Assembly (NCBI RefSeq): GCF_009914755.1
Contig: NC_060939.1
From: the human T2T-CHM13v2.0 reference genome, Homo sapiens
Direction: 5' to 3' (one strand)
Length of the DNA: 64,000 nt
Shown here: positions 13,284 to 25,789 of the stretch, piece by piece
How positions within the stretch are numbered: the stretch's first letter is position 1
Layout of the letters: every line of letters begins with the position of its first letter
Program-made: the position numbers and the translations under genes
The notes under the pieces: generated by a model
Database searches by the model: none
Told to the model about the DNA's origin: nothing
What the model saw: the letters and a program-made list of their open reading frames with translations, nothing else

Positions 13284-14369
13284 GGATATTTCCCCACTGT
13301 GTCTGCCAATGGTTCTCTTCCGAGGAAACACACTCCTAGCTTCGTGCTTTGGAGCCATTTCTCAGGAGAATCTCTCTGGAGAATGATTTCCTCCTTGTTA
13401 TTCATCACGGTCCTTTCAAACTGAATTAAATCGTCCTGCCTTTGGATTTTTGTTTGCTCAAGGAACTTAATTTTACTAAACTATTCTCTCGCATTTATGG
13501 GATACTTTTCCCTCAAGAGCAAAACTGGGGCAACTTCAGAGCACACATGTGATAAAATACCTCTCCTGGGCACTACCAGTCAGAAGACAAAGTAAGTGAC
13601 ATGAATGTCAATAATGAAGTTCCTATTCTCATTCCCTCACATACTTGAGTCTTCTAGTCCCCTACAAAGTCTCTCCAAATATTTCTGACTTTACCAAGAG
13701 AAACCTCTCATGTGGCCACGAACCAGCCTGTTGTATGTAGTCCCCAGGTGGCTCCTGCCATGTTCTTCCCTCCCCTGCGCCCGTCTTGGTCTGTGCAGGT
13801 GGCAACACCAGCCTCTGTGCCCAGAGTAGATTCTGCTCCCACAGACACCCCTCTCAGGGGCTTGGGTGCCTAAGTGGAGCGACAAGAGACCTCTCCTGCT
13901 GTGTGCTGTTTGTCACCTGGATCCCAAAGCAGCCCTACTGTTACTGTTTCATCCAGTTCCTCTTGACAACACCCTCTTTCCTTTTGCCCTAACTTTCTCT
14001 CTCTGGAGTCCTGAGAGATTTGGTAGGGATGGGTCCATGTGACAACTTCATTGTTCTCATCTCTCTCCTTTATCTTACTAGACCCTGCAAATAGCTGCAC
14101 AGTTCTTCCTTAGCCCCAAATTGGAGGTCTCTACTCATGTCAGCTCATATACAGTCAGACCCAGGAACCCAGGCAGACCTCGGATTCCCTTTGATATGCC
14201 CTAGCACACTGTGCTGTATAACCAGTGAGCAGTTCCCTTTAATGTAGAGAAATTCTTGAGTTGAAGCTTGAGAAGCAATGAAGTAATATTTTTGACTTGG
14301 AAACCACAAATCTAGTAAAGTGAAGATTTTCTTCATTCTTGTAACTCAGTAAAAGTCTTTCTAGTTAAT

Positions 14370-14817
14370 TGTATTTTTTATTTTATTATAAAATGTACAT
14401 AAAATTTACCATCTTAACCAATTCTAAGTGTACAATTTGGCATTAAGTACATGTACACTGTTGTGCAACCATCACCACCATCCAACTCTAGAACTTTGTT
14501 TTTCCAAACTGAAACTATGTACCCATTAAACAAAAACTCTTCACTCCCTTCAGCCTCTGGCAACCACCAGCCTATTTTCTGTCTCCATGAATTTGACTGC
14601 TCTAGGTACCTCATTTAAGTGAAATCATACAGTATTTGTCCTTTTGTGACAGGCTTATTTCACTTGGCATGATGTCTTTAAGGTTCATCCACATTGTCAT
14701 GTGTCAGAATTTCCTTTTAAAGGTTTACTGATGTTGTATTGTGTTTATATATCAGTTTATCCATTCATCTGTCAATGGATATTTGGTTTGCTTCTATCTT
14801 TTGGCTGTTGTGAATCA
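14370..14817 (-). mobile_element. L1MB-like 3' end
   Basis: 'aaaatttaccatcttaacca...ttgtgcaaccatcaccaccatcca...gaatttgactgctctaggtacctcat'. Confidence 0.85.
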
Positions 14818-15089
14818 CATTTTTAATTTTAAATTTTCTAGTAGCCTCATTAAAAAGTAAAACAGGTGAAATTACTTTTAAAAACGTCATTTAACCTATA
14901 TCCACAGCTTTATAATTTCAACATATAATCAACATAAAGCATTTATTAGTAAGGTATTTTATTTTTCATGCAAAGTCTTTGTTATCTGGTATGTATCTTA
15001 AATTTACAGCACATCTCCATTTGGGCTAGCCACATTTCCAGTGCCCAGTAGCCACATGTGGTCATTGGCTATCTTATTAGATGGTGCAG
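14818..15089. mobile_element. MER33/MER3-type hAT-Charlie MITE
   Basis: 'aattttctagtagcctcattaaaaagtaaaacaggtgaaatt...ctagccacatttccagtgcccagtagccacatgtgg'. Confidence 0.8.
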
Positions 15090-17955
15090 ATCGAACTCAT
15101 CATAGGGGTAGAGTTTGGGGATCCTAACAAGACCCCCTTTCCATGTCCTTGGATTGTCTCTGAGAGAGCCAGTGTCTCAAATGAATCCTTGGCATGTTAT
15201 AGATTGTTATCACTTCTTAGCTAATTTCTCAGACACGTGCCTGGAGTTCTGAATTTCTGTGGCTCCAGATGTTTTAACTCCATGTTCAAGCAGCCATTCC
15301 AGCTGACATTTTGAAAATGAAGGAGAATGATTTACATCCTTGCTGGGCAGAGGGACACATGCCATTACTTGCATAATCCAAGTTTGTTATGCACTCAACA
15401 TACTCAGGGCACCAGATATATTTTATTTATATGTGGCCCAACATACTGATTATATTTCATATGGACCTGCATATGCATCTGAAAATAATACTGCACCACA
15501 ACCTTCTGTTTATTCTTAAATCCAGTGATGACCCATTGAGCACCTCTCATGGGCCAGGCACATGCTAGGCACTGGGGGGTCTGCCCACAATGAACAACAC
15601 AGTTCCTGTCCTCAAGAGGCTTGAGCTGCAGCTGGTGGTCTCTCCCTGGCTGCAACCTTGACACTGGTTGCCATGAAACGGGCATGCTCCATCCTTCTCT
15701 GCCTGGGCAAACCTCTGCAGTTCTTTTCTCCCCTCTAACCTGAAACTTGCATTCTTTTGATTGTCCACGCCAGTGGTAAAAGAAACATTTCTCTTTGGAA
15801 CTTTATAGGTTATTGTGTCATGTAAATGACATGGGAATTTGGGGGCTTTTATAAATATCAAGGTGAAGACTGTCAGAAAATTACCAACAACTGAAGCCCA
15901 CTAAATGATAGCCAGGGTAGCTAGGGTGAATTTTCTCCACATCCCCAACTCCCAAAATGGGGGTATGGGTTTTACTGCACAAGAGTTTTGTTGTGTTTTG
16001 TTTTTGTTTTTGTTTTTTTTGGATAATGAGGGCCCAGGTGGCTTAGTCCATGTCATGATCAGCGTGCTTCCTACAGAGAGGCTTCATAATCTATGGTGTG
16101 AAGGCGTCAGGTGAATCTGAGCCTAATTTTTTTCTGCCTATTCAAAAAACATGCAGGTGATGCCTGAAAATGCCCTTAGTCCTCTTTCCTCCTCCCTGTT
16201 CACATTCATGAGAAAATCAGATTGTCAGGAGTTAGAACACGTGGGCCCTGCCCGAGAATTAACTGATTGGTGCGTCCTTTGAATTGAGGTCTTTGAGCTA
16301 TATCCACATTTCCTTAGGGAAAATTCCTTCAGATTGGTACGTTCTAATTAGTTACCTCATTGTGAATAAATGCTTCCATTCAACTGATGTCTGGAATTTT
16401 AGGTTAAAACTGTGTGGATTTGAATGGAGGCTATTCTTCACTTCAAGTTTCTGGGGACCTCAGGTAAGAGTTTAGTAGAGGCTTCAACTTCTGTGAGTCC
16501 CTGTTATATCCTCTCAGACATGGTCCTGGAGGTGTCCAGGGGAAAGTCAAGTTTATCTGTGTTGTTGTGCCCACCATCATCAGCCAACTCAGGAACCTGG
16601 CCCCTTTCTCTCTGCCCAACCATGTATCATCCCCTTGTTGCCCACACAAAATCTGTCAACTCTGGGCCCTTCTTCTACACTTTTCTTTGTTGAGCGTGTC
16701 TTCCCATCTTTCCAACACCAGCTCAAGCATCACTGTCTTCTTGAAGCCTTCCCTGAGAGACATTCTAAATAGTCCATGCTCTGTTCTTAGCGTCATCTGG
16801 TTCCTCCCATTTGACTCCTGCCTCAGCTCTTAGCAAAGTGTTGATGGTACATAACCTCAATAACCCTAAGTCTTTCTGGGCTGTGAATGTGGATAAGATT
16901 CCATGAGCATGAATGCTCACTTCCTGTTGACTCCAACCCCTACTTGTTGTGGGGGGATAAATCCACTTTCTTGCAACGTCTTGCAAATCCTCTAATCTTG
17001 CAGCTTCCTTCTCAGTGGAACACTTCATCTTACCTGCCCTCCTGAATCAGTCAAGGCTGCCACTCACTGCTGGCTTCTGTCACTCTGGGTTCTACTCTGC
17101 AGCCTGGTTTCTGCTGCCTAAGACAGGCTGGCATGGCTGCCCTCCCACCCTGCATGGGCCTCTGGGGCACCAAGCCTTGCCTGCTGAGCCGCAGAGCAGT
17201 GCTGACTTGGCCTGTCCCAAAATTTTCAGTTCTCTTGGTGCTGCTTTATGGGGCCAGCCTTCCCTGTTAGCACCAGGACATGTGTGTGCTGCCAGGGGAG
17301 CTGGCAGGGCTGGGTTCAACGTCCGCCCATACCCCATCACTGCACCATCTCTAGACCCTCAGGCTCACTTATGGAATCTGGATTGTCAGACTTGTGCCTC
17401 AGTTCTTCTGCCACAGCCTTAAAAAATTAAGGCAGAAATATGGGGAAGAGAGGTTGTTTGATTCTGTGTTGAAAAATGTAACTTTTATATCCTGAGACAA
17501 GTTATGTTCTATGAAAGTTCTCCTGTCCCCAGCCCTTTCTCTTTTAGACATGGATCTAGGACATTTCTAACATGCAGTTCTGAATCTCTACCTGAGAGGT
17601 GGTTGCTGCAAAAATAGAACACTGCCCTTGGGCACTGAGGCCCTTTTGAAGCATCTCCTCATGGTAATAAAAATACTAATGCCTGCATGGGAACTGTATA
17701 TCTGTTAACTTCTTCAGTTCTCCGAAGGCATTATCTACCCCACTTCCTAGGGAAGGAGCTCAACTACACAGCTGGGGAGAGTTCTGCAGTTAGGCCAAGG
17801 CTTGGTGAATGGAGCACAGGCCCCCATTTGCTCCTGCAGCTGGGCACAAACTGTACAATCACTTGGGGGCGGGCATAGTCTGTTCTAATCAGGGGGGTCC
17901 TTGAGGCACTACAGCAATGTCTTTCTATTTCATGAGTTAAATTACAGGAGGCAGA

Positions 17956-18460
17956 TGTTCTGCCAAATCCCTGTCAACTCCAGTGGGGAAGGCACCAGTT
18001 TCAAGAGGCCAAAGAAGAGACCCTGAGCCAAATGAGACATGGGATTTTACTGGGGGCTAAACACAGGGGGCAGTGTTCGGTGGCTGTGGGCTGGGCAGGA
18101 AAACCACAACTTCTTGTAAAAGGCATGCAGTTTGTGTAGGAAAACCACAACTTCTTGTAAAAGGCATGCAGTTTGTGTAGCATTTTCACTTAACACCCTT
18201 CACCCTAACAACCTCCACCTGGCAACCTTCATTTAACCTAAAACAAAGGGCCTTGATCCCCTGTGTGGCCTTTGCGCCATGGGATGGGACAGGCAGGGGG
18301 CTCAGGTGTTCTCATAGATAAGAAATGGATATCTGAGTTGGCCACTCCTGGATTCCTTAGCTCAGAACTCTGAACACACATTCAGGTGTATCTGCTGTAC
18401 AGGGTCATTCTCAGGGTATATTCCAGTCAAGTTATCTTTGTCAGGTGCAGCTACCATACA
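17956..18460 (-). mobile_element. ERVL solo LTR (LTR47-like)
   Basis: TG...CA termini, ~505 bp; 'ctccagtggggaaggcaccagtttcaagaggccaaagaagagacc' matches my recollection of the LTR47 group. Confidence 0.7.
18097..18178. repeat. Perfect 2 x 41-bp tandem duplication
   Basis: AGGAAAACCACAACTTCTTGTAAAAGGCATGCAGTTTGTGT at 18097-18137 and 18138-18178. Confidence 0.97.
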
Positions 18461-18744
18461 GGAGGGACATGGGGTGGAGCCATTGTTCTGCCTGTTGAGG
18501 GCTGGCCTTCCACGGAGGCGGTACAAGCTGCTGGTTCTTTCATGTGCTTTCGAGGGATACAGGTAACTTTACCTGCGGCTTGAAATCTCCCCATGAAGCC
18601 TGGGATTTTATTAGGGACACATTGGACTTTGGGCTTCGCTCCTCTCAGGTGTGCACATCTTAAGTAGTTCTCTTCATCTTTCTCATCTTTCTGAGACCTG
18701 TTTTCTCAGCTGAAAAGGGGAAGGATTGGATAAGGTCACTGATT

Positions 18745-19062
18745 TTTTTTTTAATTGAGATGAATTCACGTACTATGAAATTCACCCATTTAAAGTATAC
18801 AATTTATAGTTCTTTAGTATGTTTTCAAGGTTCTGCAGCTATCATTACTATCCAATTCTAATACATTTCTATCAACTCTAAAAGAAACCCTGTATCCATT
18901 ACTAGTGACTCTGAATTCCCCATTCCCCCTGACCCGTGCCAACCACCAATCTACTTTCTGTGTCTATGCATTTGCCTCTTCTAGACATTTCATATAAATG
19001 GAATAATGACGTGTGGTCTATCGGGTGTGGCTTCTTCCAGATTGATTCATATTATAGCATTG
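18745..19062 (-). mobile_element. L1MB-like 3' end with degenerate TSD
   Basis: 'aattcacccatttaaagtatacaatt...aaccaccaatctactttctgtgtctatg'; flanks GGTCACTGATTTTT / GATCACTGGTTTTT. Confidence 0.85.
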
Positions 19063-19739
19063 ATCACTGGTTTTTAATCTTTTATTTGAAAAGTAAAATG
19101 CCCTGAAAAGAAATTGTGGTTGGAACCTTGATAGGTAACTCCCTGACCACCTGAGGGCCCTCCCAGCCTGGCGGCAGCCTCAGAAACACATCTGCAGGAC
19201 TCGTGGGCTTCACAGAACAGAGTTTGACTGGCTCTGAGCTCAATCATTTCTCAAGTGCCTTTAGGTTCAAAGACCTTGTTTCTCTGAGGTTTTCTTCAAA
19301 AATACAAATCACCCTGCCACACTTACTTAAACTTGAAATAGTTTCCAACACCCCTCTCTAAAACAATTTTCAGAGGGCAGAAAATTGAGCCAATGGGAGT
19401 CAGATGGGAGAAAAGCAAAAGACATTTAGTAGCTTTGACACTGCCTTGGAGAGGCCGTGGCAGAAGACAAACTCCGGATATCCTGGGCAGTGGCAGGCAT
19501 CTGCAAAGAGAGGCCAGATAGAGAAAAGGTATGAAAGGCAGTGGAAGAGGCTGCTTTGTAATATTGCTGTGGCCAGGCCCCCAGTGATATTTCTGAGAAA
19601 TGTTCTGTTCTTTGAGGCCAATAAGGATTGTATGGTCTGCAGCTGACTGGAGCTCTTCTTTCCCTGGGACCTGATTGCCTTTCTGGGCAAGGAAAAAAAA
19701 AAATCCACATAAATCTCTGTCCAAAGTCAATTATCTGAG

Positions 19740-19960
19740 ATTTGGAGTAGTGCAGCCTGCTAACGGAAACTGCAGGCCATGTGTATGCGGCCTGGTATGT
19801 GGGACGGCTCGGAAGCTTTTCTGGCGCAGCCCTCCATCCTCACGGGAGCCCTCAGGCAGCTGCAGCAGCCTCGTCGGCTGTTATCCACCCGGCTTGGCCC
19901 CGAAGGGAGTGAGTGAGTTTCTTCTGAGTCACCATCCGCCATCTTGGTCCTGCTGTGAAG
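19740..19960 (+). promoter_or_regulatory. Candidate CpG-retaining regulatory element or alternative first exon
   Basis: 11 CpGs in ~180 bp; GTGAGT donors at 19909 and 19913; AP-1 TGAGTCA 19925-19931; YY1 CCGCCATCTT 19936-19945. Confidence 0.45.
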
Positions 19961-21564
19961 CCATGGCAGGGACACATCTTTTCTCCCTGCATAGTGCCTG
20001 AATCCACCACGGTGCCTGAGGAGAGCTCTCTATGGGATTTGGGAGAGCAGAGCTGACCAAGGAGATGAAGAGGTTTTAATAAGGGCTCTGCCTTCTTTTA
20101 GGGAAGTGCTAATATGCAAGTAGTGTTGTCTCTAGGAACCTCAGTTTTCTCATCTGTAAAATGATTGACTTCCCATCTTGTTCCAAAGACAGGTCTTTTG
20201 TAAATTCAAGGCTTTAGACCAGATGATCTCTATGTTCTTTTTGTTCTGCAGGTTCTAAAACTCTTCTGCAAGGTGGATGCTGACTTAGGATTTAGAGCCT
20301 TTCAAATATCCCAGCAGGTTCTCCAACATAACTGAATAGCCACCTTGTCACTTCCTTTCTCTTAACCTTATTCACCCAATAGGCCCAGACTTCTACCAGT
20401 TAAACTTAAGTCCTCTTAAAAATGCCTGCCAGATAAGGAGGCTGATCTAGATTAATGGAGAGTTAAGAGATGTGAGAACCTAATACAATGTGTGCATCTT
20501 AATTGGATCTTGGATCAAAAAAACCCCAACTACCTACAGTGGACATTTTTGGAACAATTGAAGTTTTGAAACAAAGCTCCCCCAGCCTTCCCCAGAATGC
20601 CTTCTTTACTCAGCTCATCCCTTCCAACTCCCACTGGTCCTCTGGGGCCCAGCTCATACCTTTACCCCAACAATACCCCCCAACCCCAGATGCTCTGGCT
20701 TGCACCGACTTCTCCCTCCCCTTGCCAGTGCACCTCACTTCTCCTGAACTCGCTTCATATTTGCCATTGCCTACAGCCTTCCTGTCGATGGGAATTGCTT
20801 CATCTGTACATGAATGTGAAAGTAGAAGTTAGAGGCCAAGGGACCCAGCTTCTCTGCTGTTCCCAGGCAACACGATAGTTTTGCTATTGAATTTGGGAAA
20901 GGTCTTCAAATTGAAATTTACTGTGTTTTTCTGCTAAAGGCAAAGTTTCATATTCTAGGCCTTCTGCTAATTTTTCAGAGCTGAGGGCAACATGGGTAAG
21001 ATCAGTCTGGGTCCTGACAAAGCCCAGCCACCCCCAAGTTCAGAGCCCTGTGTTTATTTTACAACAATCAGAAGCACACAGGCTCCTTTGCAGACAGGTT
21101 AATATATCAGGCTAACTTGTGCAACGCCCCTGCTCAAACATGCCTCGTGCAGGGATCTTGAACACACTTTAAAAACTACCTTGGTAACAGGATATTAAGA
21201 TGTACTTTCCTTGTTTCTTTAGAAATAGTCACCAAGGCCCCAGACTAGAGGCAAAGAGGCATTACTACCTCCCATCCAAAAGAAAGCCCCCGAAAACTGG
21301 CCAAACCACCCCCTAGGTCTTACAGAGAAGGGCCTGGGCCAGCCTATAACAATCAACCAGTCCCTTCTCACTAGCTTCGGGGGACACTAATTGTGGCTCA
21401 CTAGCTTAGGGAGATACTGTGGTTTTTATCCCCTCCCCCTGTTCTCCTGGCCTCCAAAGTGTGAGGGGCTGCAAGAAAAAAATCACATCTAAAGATGAGC
21501 TCAGCCTGCAAGGGGAGATGGCACCATTATCCAATTGCATGCCTGCTTGGGCAACAGATCTGTT

Positions 21565-21731
21565 AGTGTCTAGAGACATTTTGGGTTGTCACGGCTGGGA
21601 AGGTACAATAGGTGTCCAGTGGGTGAGGGCCCAGGGATACTTCTAAACATCCGACCATGCATAGGATAGTCCCCCACAACCAAAAATTATTTGGCCCAGA
21701 ATGTCAATAGTGCCACTGCTGAGAAATCCTC
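21565..21731. mobile_element. MER20 hAT-Charlie MITE (partial)
   Basis: 'gtgtctagagacattttgggttgtcac...cccccacaaccaaaaattatttggcccagaatgtcaatagtgcc..tgagaaatcct'. Confidence 0.88.
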
Positions 21732-21989
21732 TTGTTAAATAGCTATTGATCAAAAGGGAAGGGATGTTGTTACTCCTGGGGACACCTTAATAACCGCATC
21801 ATGTCCTCATGTCCTGGGCTGGCATACCTACTGATACTCTGTTCTGTGTTTTTTTTGTTTGCTTACGCGATCTGTTCAGGTTGTATCCCACACTTTTAGG
21901 GACTCACCTCAGGCATTATGACCTGCTAACTGTGTAATCCTACATAGGTGCTTTTGAAAGGTGCTGTCTTAAAAATAATAAAAAAAATT

Positions 21990-22152
21990 GCTGCACATTA
22001 GAATCATCTGAGGGAGCTTTTAAAGGTCCCAATATAAAAGCTGCATCCCATGTCAATTAAATTTGAATCTCTGGGGTGGAACCTAGGAGGCTCAAATTTT
22101 AAAAACTCCCCCAAATGATTCCAATGGTCTGCCAAGTTTGAGAATCTCTGCT
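21990..22152. mobile_element. MER5-family MITE
   Basis: 'ctgcacattagaatcatctgagggagctttt...gaatctctggggtgg...ccaagtttgagaatctctg'. Confidence 0.8.
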
Positions 22153-23042
22153 CTCACTACACATGCCTTACTCTCCTGCTGTGTGTCATTACGTGAATCT
22201 TTCACCCTGTATCTAATTATTCCCAAATGTAGGGCCATGATTTTGAGCATCACACTGGCTTTTGCTCTATTGGTGGCCGTTTTCCCCTGGCCTTGTGTGG
22301 ATCGCCTGGGCTCTCAGCCCTTTGACAGTAGTTCTGTGTCTCTAACAATGTGTCTCTGCCTTCACTGTTATTACCACTAGTTTACTCTTTGTTTCATCTG
22401 TTGCTCTTCCCCTTTGCATTAGACTCAAACTGCTTAATGCCCAGATCAATAATTTTGGCTGCTGTGAATGCTGGAACATTGGGAGGTTTTTTAAAATGAT
22501 TTTTAAATTAGGTAATATATAATGAGAATAGAAATAATATATACATTGACAAGCATAATAATCAAACACCTGTTAGCTTGCCTATGCCACCCAAGAGCTC
22601 GATGACTGCCCACAGCCAGTGCACATAGTACCTCTTCATCCCTCCACTTTGCCACCAGAGTCAGCAATGTCTGGTGTTTTGTTTATAACTGTCTTCCCAT
22701 TTGAGAAAAAAACTTTTTGGAAGTACAGATGGATTCTTGAACAACATATTTTGTTTTGCTTGTGCTTGCACTATACTACAATGGAAGCATGCTGCATGTG
22801 ATCCTTCGTGGCTTTTTACTTTCTGTGGTGTTTTGTTGCTATGATTCATCCTTATGTCACCCAGGAGGCATTGATTCATTTTCAGGGCTGGATGATATTC
22901 CATTGTGTAACTATACACAATTTATTTACCCATTTACTGTCAATGGGCATTTGTGCTATTCTTGCTTTTTAATCATTGTGAACAGGGCCGCGGACATGCT
23001 CTTACACTTCTCCTGCTATATGTGAGCAAGCATTTCTCTAGA

Positions 23043-23183
23043 CCGTGGCTTCTCAAACTTCAGTGTCTATACGGATCAGCTGGGGATCTCATTAATATGC
23101 AAATTCTGGTTCAGTTTGGGAGGAGTCCTGGAAGGGACAGCAATGCTGTGAATCCACAAGCCTCACTTTCAGTGACAAGGCTC
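23043..23183. mobile_element. MER5A MITE
   Basis: 'gcttctcaaacttcagtgt...ggatcagctggggatctcattaatatgcaaattctg...cactttcagtgacaagg', inserted next to a TCTAG site. Confidence 0.7.
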
Positions 23184-23555
23184 TGGCACAGGATTGGCCA
23201 ACTTTACCTGCTGATACCACATCCTTCTAAAGGGGTGGTGTCGATTTACTCCCTCACCAGCTATGTATTTTGATACACATCTTCTCAGTGACTTGCTATT
23301 GTTATCTCCCGGTCTTAGTTTGCACTTTCCTGACATTCATTAGGTTAAGCAATCTTTTATGTTTATTGGCCCTTCACATATATCCCTCTTTCTGTGAAAT
23401 GTCTATTTGTATCTTCTGCATGTTTTTCTTTTGGGTTGTTGGCCTTCTTATTAATTTGTAGGGGCTCTTACCCTTCTTTTGTTCTCATTCAAATCCTTCA
23501 TTTCTTATATGTGTCACAAATATTCACATCCAATTTGTTTTTTCTCTTTTACCTT

Positions 23556-23810
23556 AAATTTTTTTGAGACAGGATCTCATTCTGTTGCTCAGGCTGGAGT
23601 ACAGTGGTGCGATCACAGTTCACTGCAGCCTCAAACTCCTGGGATCATGTGATCCTGGTGCCTTAGCCTCCAGAGTAGATAGGACTACAGGAACAAGACA
23701 CCATGCCTGGCTAATTTTTTTTTTTTTAAATAACTTTTAGTAGAGACAAAGTCCTGCTGTGTTGCCTAGGCTGGTCTTAAACTCCAGGGCTCAAGTGGTC
23801 TTCCTGCCTT
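23556..23810 (-). mobile_element. AluJ-like, 5'-truncated, with 11-bp TSD
   Basis: Reverse Alu 'gagacaggatctcattctgttgctcaggctggagtacagtgg'; TCTTTTACCTT at 23545-23555 and 23811-23821. Confidence 0.93.
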
Positions 23811-23929
23811 TCTTTTACCTTTCTTTATGGTATCCTTTGCGTGGAAATTCTTAGTTTTAATATGGTTGAATTTATCCATCTTTTTTTATGTTTAGAGGAT
23901 TTTTTGTATGTCTTCAACTTCTTAATCTA

Positions 23930-24092
23930 ATAAAGTCTATAGATAATAGTATTGTACCAATGTTCTTAGTTTTGATAATTATACCATGGCACCACATAAG
24001 ATGTTACGTTAAAAGGAAGCCAGGTGAAGAATACAAAGGAACTCTTTGTACCATTTTTGCAACCCCTCTATAAGTCTAAAATTAATATTTAA
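23930..24092 (+). mobile_element. L1MC/ME-like 3' end fragment
   Basis: 'gataatagtattgtaccaatgtt...aaggaactctttgtaccatttttgcaac...taagtctaaaatt'. Confidence 0.7.
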
Positions 24093-24769
24093 AATGTTAA
24101 CGTTAATCCCTGTCCTAAGGTTATAAAGATACCTATATTTGATCCTAAAAGTCTTGCTTTTCACATTCAAGTCCTTGGTCCATCTGAAATTGGTTATGTG
24201 TTTGGTGTAAGGTGTGGATTTAATTCTGCGTTTTACCCCATGGGTAGTCAGTTGTCCTGCCGTCGTTTACCAAGTAGTGTCTTGTTTGCCCAGTTCTCTG
24301 CATCACCGTCTTAGGCTACATCAGATCTACAGAGGAGGGTGGTTCCTTACAAACCTTCAAGCTATAAGCAACGCAAAGATGAAATTCTATGAAGCGTGCT
24401 CCTAGGAAGACATAGCACAGTGTCCCGAAACCCAGGTGTCCTTTACTCTGCGGTATTGCCTCTGGGTGAGAAGATCAATGGGACCTTTTGCCCATGAGTT
24501 TGCAGCTCATTTCAGGGCTTTCAGTCATGCCCTGCTTAACTTTGTGCTTTTGACTCTTAGACTTTGTCAGACCTGTCTTGCTCATGTTGTCTTTTGACCC
24601 ACAGGCTGTTGAAGTTAGAAAGGAACATAGGGATGAAGTTTCCTAGCCTCTTCAATTGAGAGTTAGGAAAACTTGAGTTAACCGACGTATCCAAGGCTGG
24701 GTACTTGGTTGATGGAAGAGTTTAGATCAGACCCAATTTCTTGACTCCTAATTCTACACCCAGAATTGT

Positions 24770-25715
24770 TTTCTCTCCTGTGTTACTCTTTCCAAATACC
24801 AGCATCACTACCCACTCAGCCACTCAAGCTAGAAATTCAGAGACTCTCCTCGCTGTTCCCTACTTGCCACTCTGCACTTTCTATTATGGCCACATTCCGG
24901 TGATTCTGCCTCTGAAATCTTTTTCAAATGTATTCTTTCACATTCGTTCCCATGTCCACAGCCCTATTTCGTGCCCTTCTCGATGCTTGATTGGATTACA
25001 ACAAGAGTCTCTTTATTGGCCATCTTGTTTCTAGTCATTTCTTTCTGTAATCCATTCACTTTCTTAACTACTCTTAAAATGTAAATTCTAAAACACAAAC
25101 CTGGTCGTGGCTTCTTGCCAAGAGATGACTTAACTTTTTTTAAGTTTTGGTGTAAATGTGCAGGATGTTCAGGTCTGTTACATAGGTAAACGTGTGCCAT
25201 GGTGGTTTGCTGTGCCTATCAACCCATCACCAAGGTATTAAGCCTAGCATGCATTAGCTACTTTTCCTGATGCTCTGAATCATCTGCTCCCAATCTACCT
25301 TCTGTTGTTGAACTCTTATCACCTTTCTCCTCTCCTCCAGGTACCAGGGCTATATCCACATTGAAATGTTGGATGCTCCGAAGAAATGCCACATGTGTCT
25401 GGGCCTCTGATACTTAGCACACGCTCTGTACACTTGGAACATCTTACACCATTTTCTACCTATTGGAATTGTATTTACCCTTTAAAACTCAGTAAATGCT
25501 GTCTCCTACATGAAGCCCTCCAGAATGCCCTAGGTGCAGCTAATCACTCATTGCATTTTATATCGTCTTATGAACATACGCTGTAACAATGGGACTAATG
25601 TTTCTGTATTTCTTACCAATCTGTGAGCCCCTTGAGTCTATAACCATATTTTTTTATCTTTGTACCTCAATTATCTGGCCCACAGAAGACATACTGTTAT
25701 TGATTGAATCATTAA
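24770..25715 (+). mobile_element. L2 LINE 3' region interrupted by an L1P fragment
   Basis: Pyrimidine-rich L2 motifs; terminal 'ctgtgagccccttgag...tttatctttgtacctca...tgttattgattgaat'. Confidence 0.6.
25130..25276 (-). mobile_element. Short L1PA (PA8-13-like) 3' end fragment
   Basis: 'gttacataggtaaacgtgtgccatggtggtttgctg...aggtattaagcctagcatgcattagcta'. Confidence 0.88.
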
Positions 25716-25789
25716 AACAAAATATCTAGAACATCTTTTTAATATTTAAAATGTTTTACTCTGACACATCCTTATTTTGGCATTGCTTA

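Larger units (their letters stand above)
22490..24310 (-). mobile_element. Old L1ME-like element interrupted by MER5A, an Alu and another L1 piece
   Basis: Decayed L1 3'UTR/ORF2-end motifs ('tttatttacccattttactgtcaatgggcatttg', 'gctttcacattcaagtc...ccatctgaaatt'). Confidence 0.65.

Noticed and set aside
12924-13358. 144-aa ORF, and similar ORFs at 30110-30487, 41553-41915 and 55677-55955
   Set aside because: Antisense Alu translations ([14 protein letters not shown]..., [13 protein letters not shown]), not genes.
15667-15679. RFX X-box GTTGCCATGAAAC
   Set aside because: The second half-site is poor and there is no supporting context.
18097-18178. 41-bp repeat as a CRISPR-like array
   Set aside because: Only two abutting copies with no spacers, in eukaryotic LTR context.
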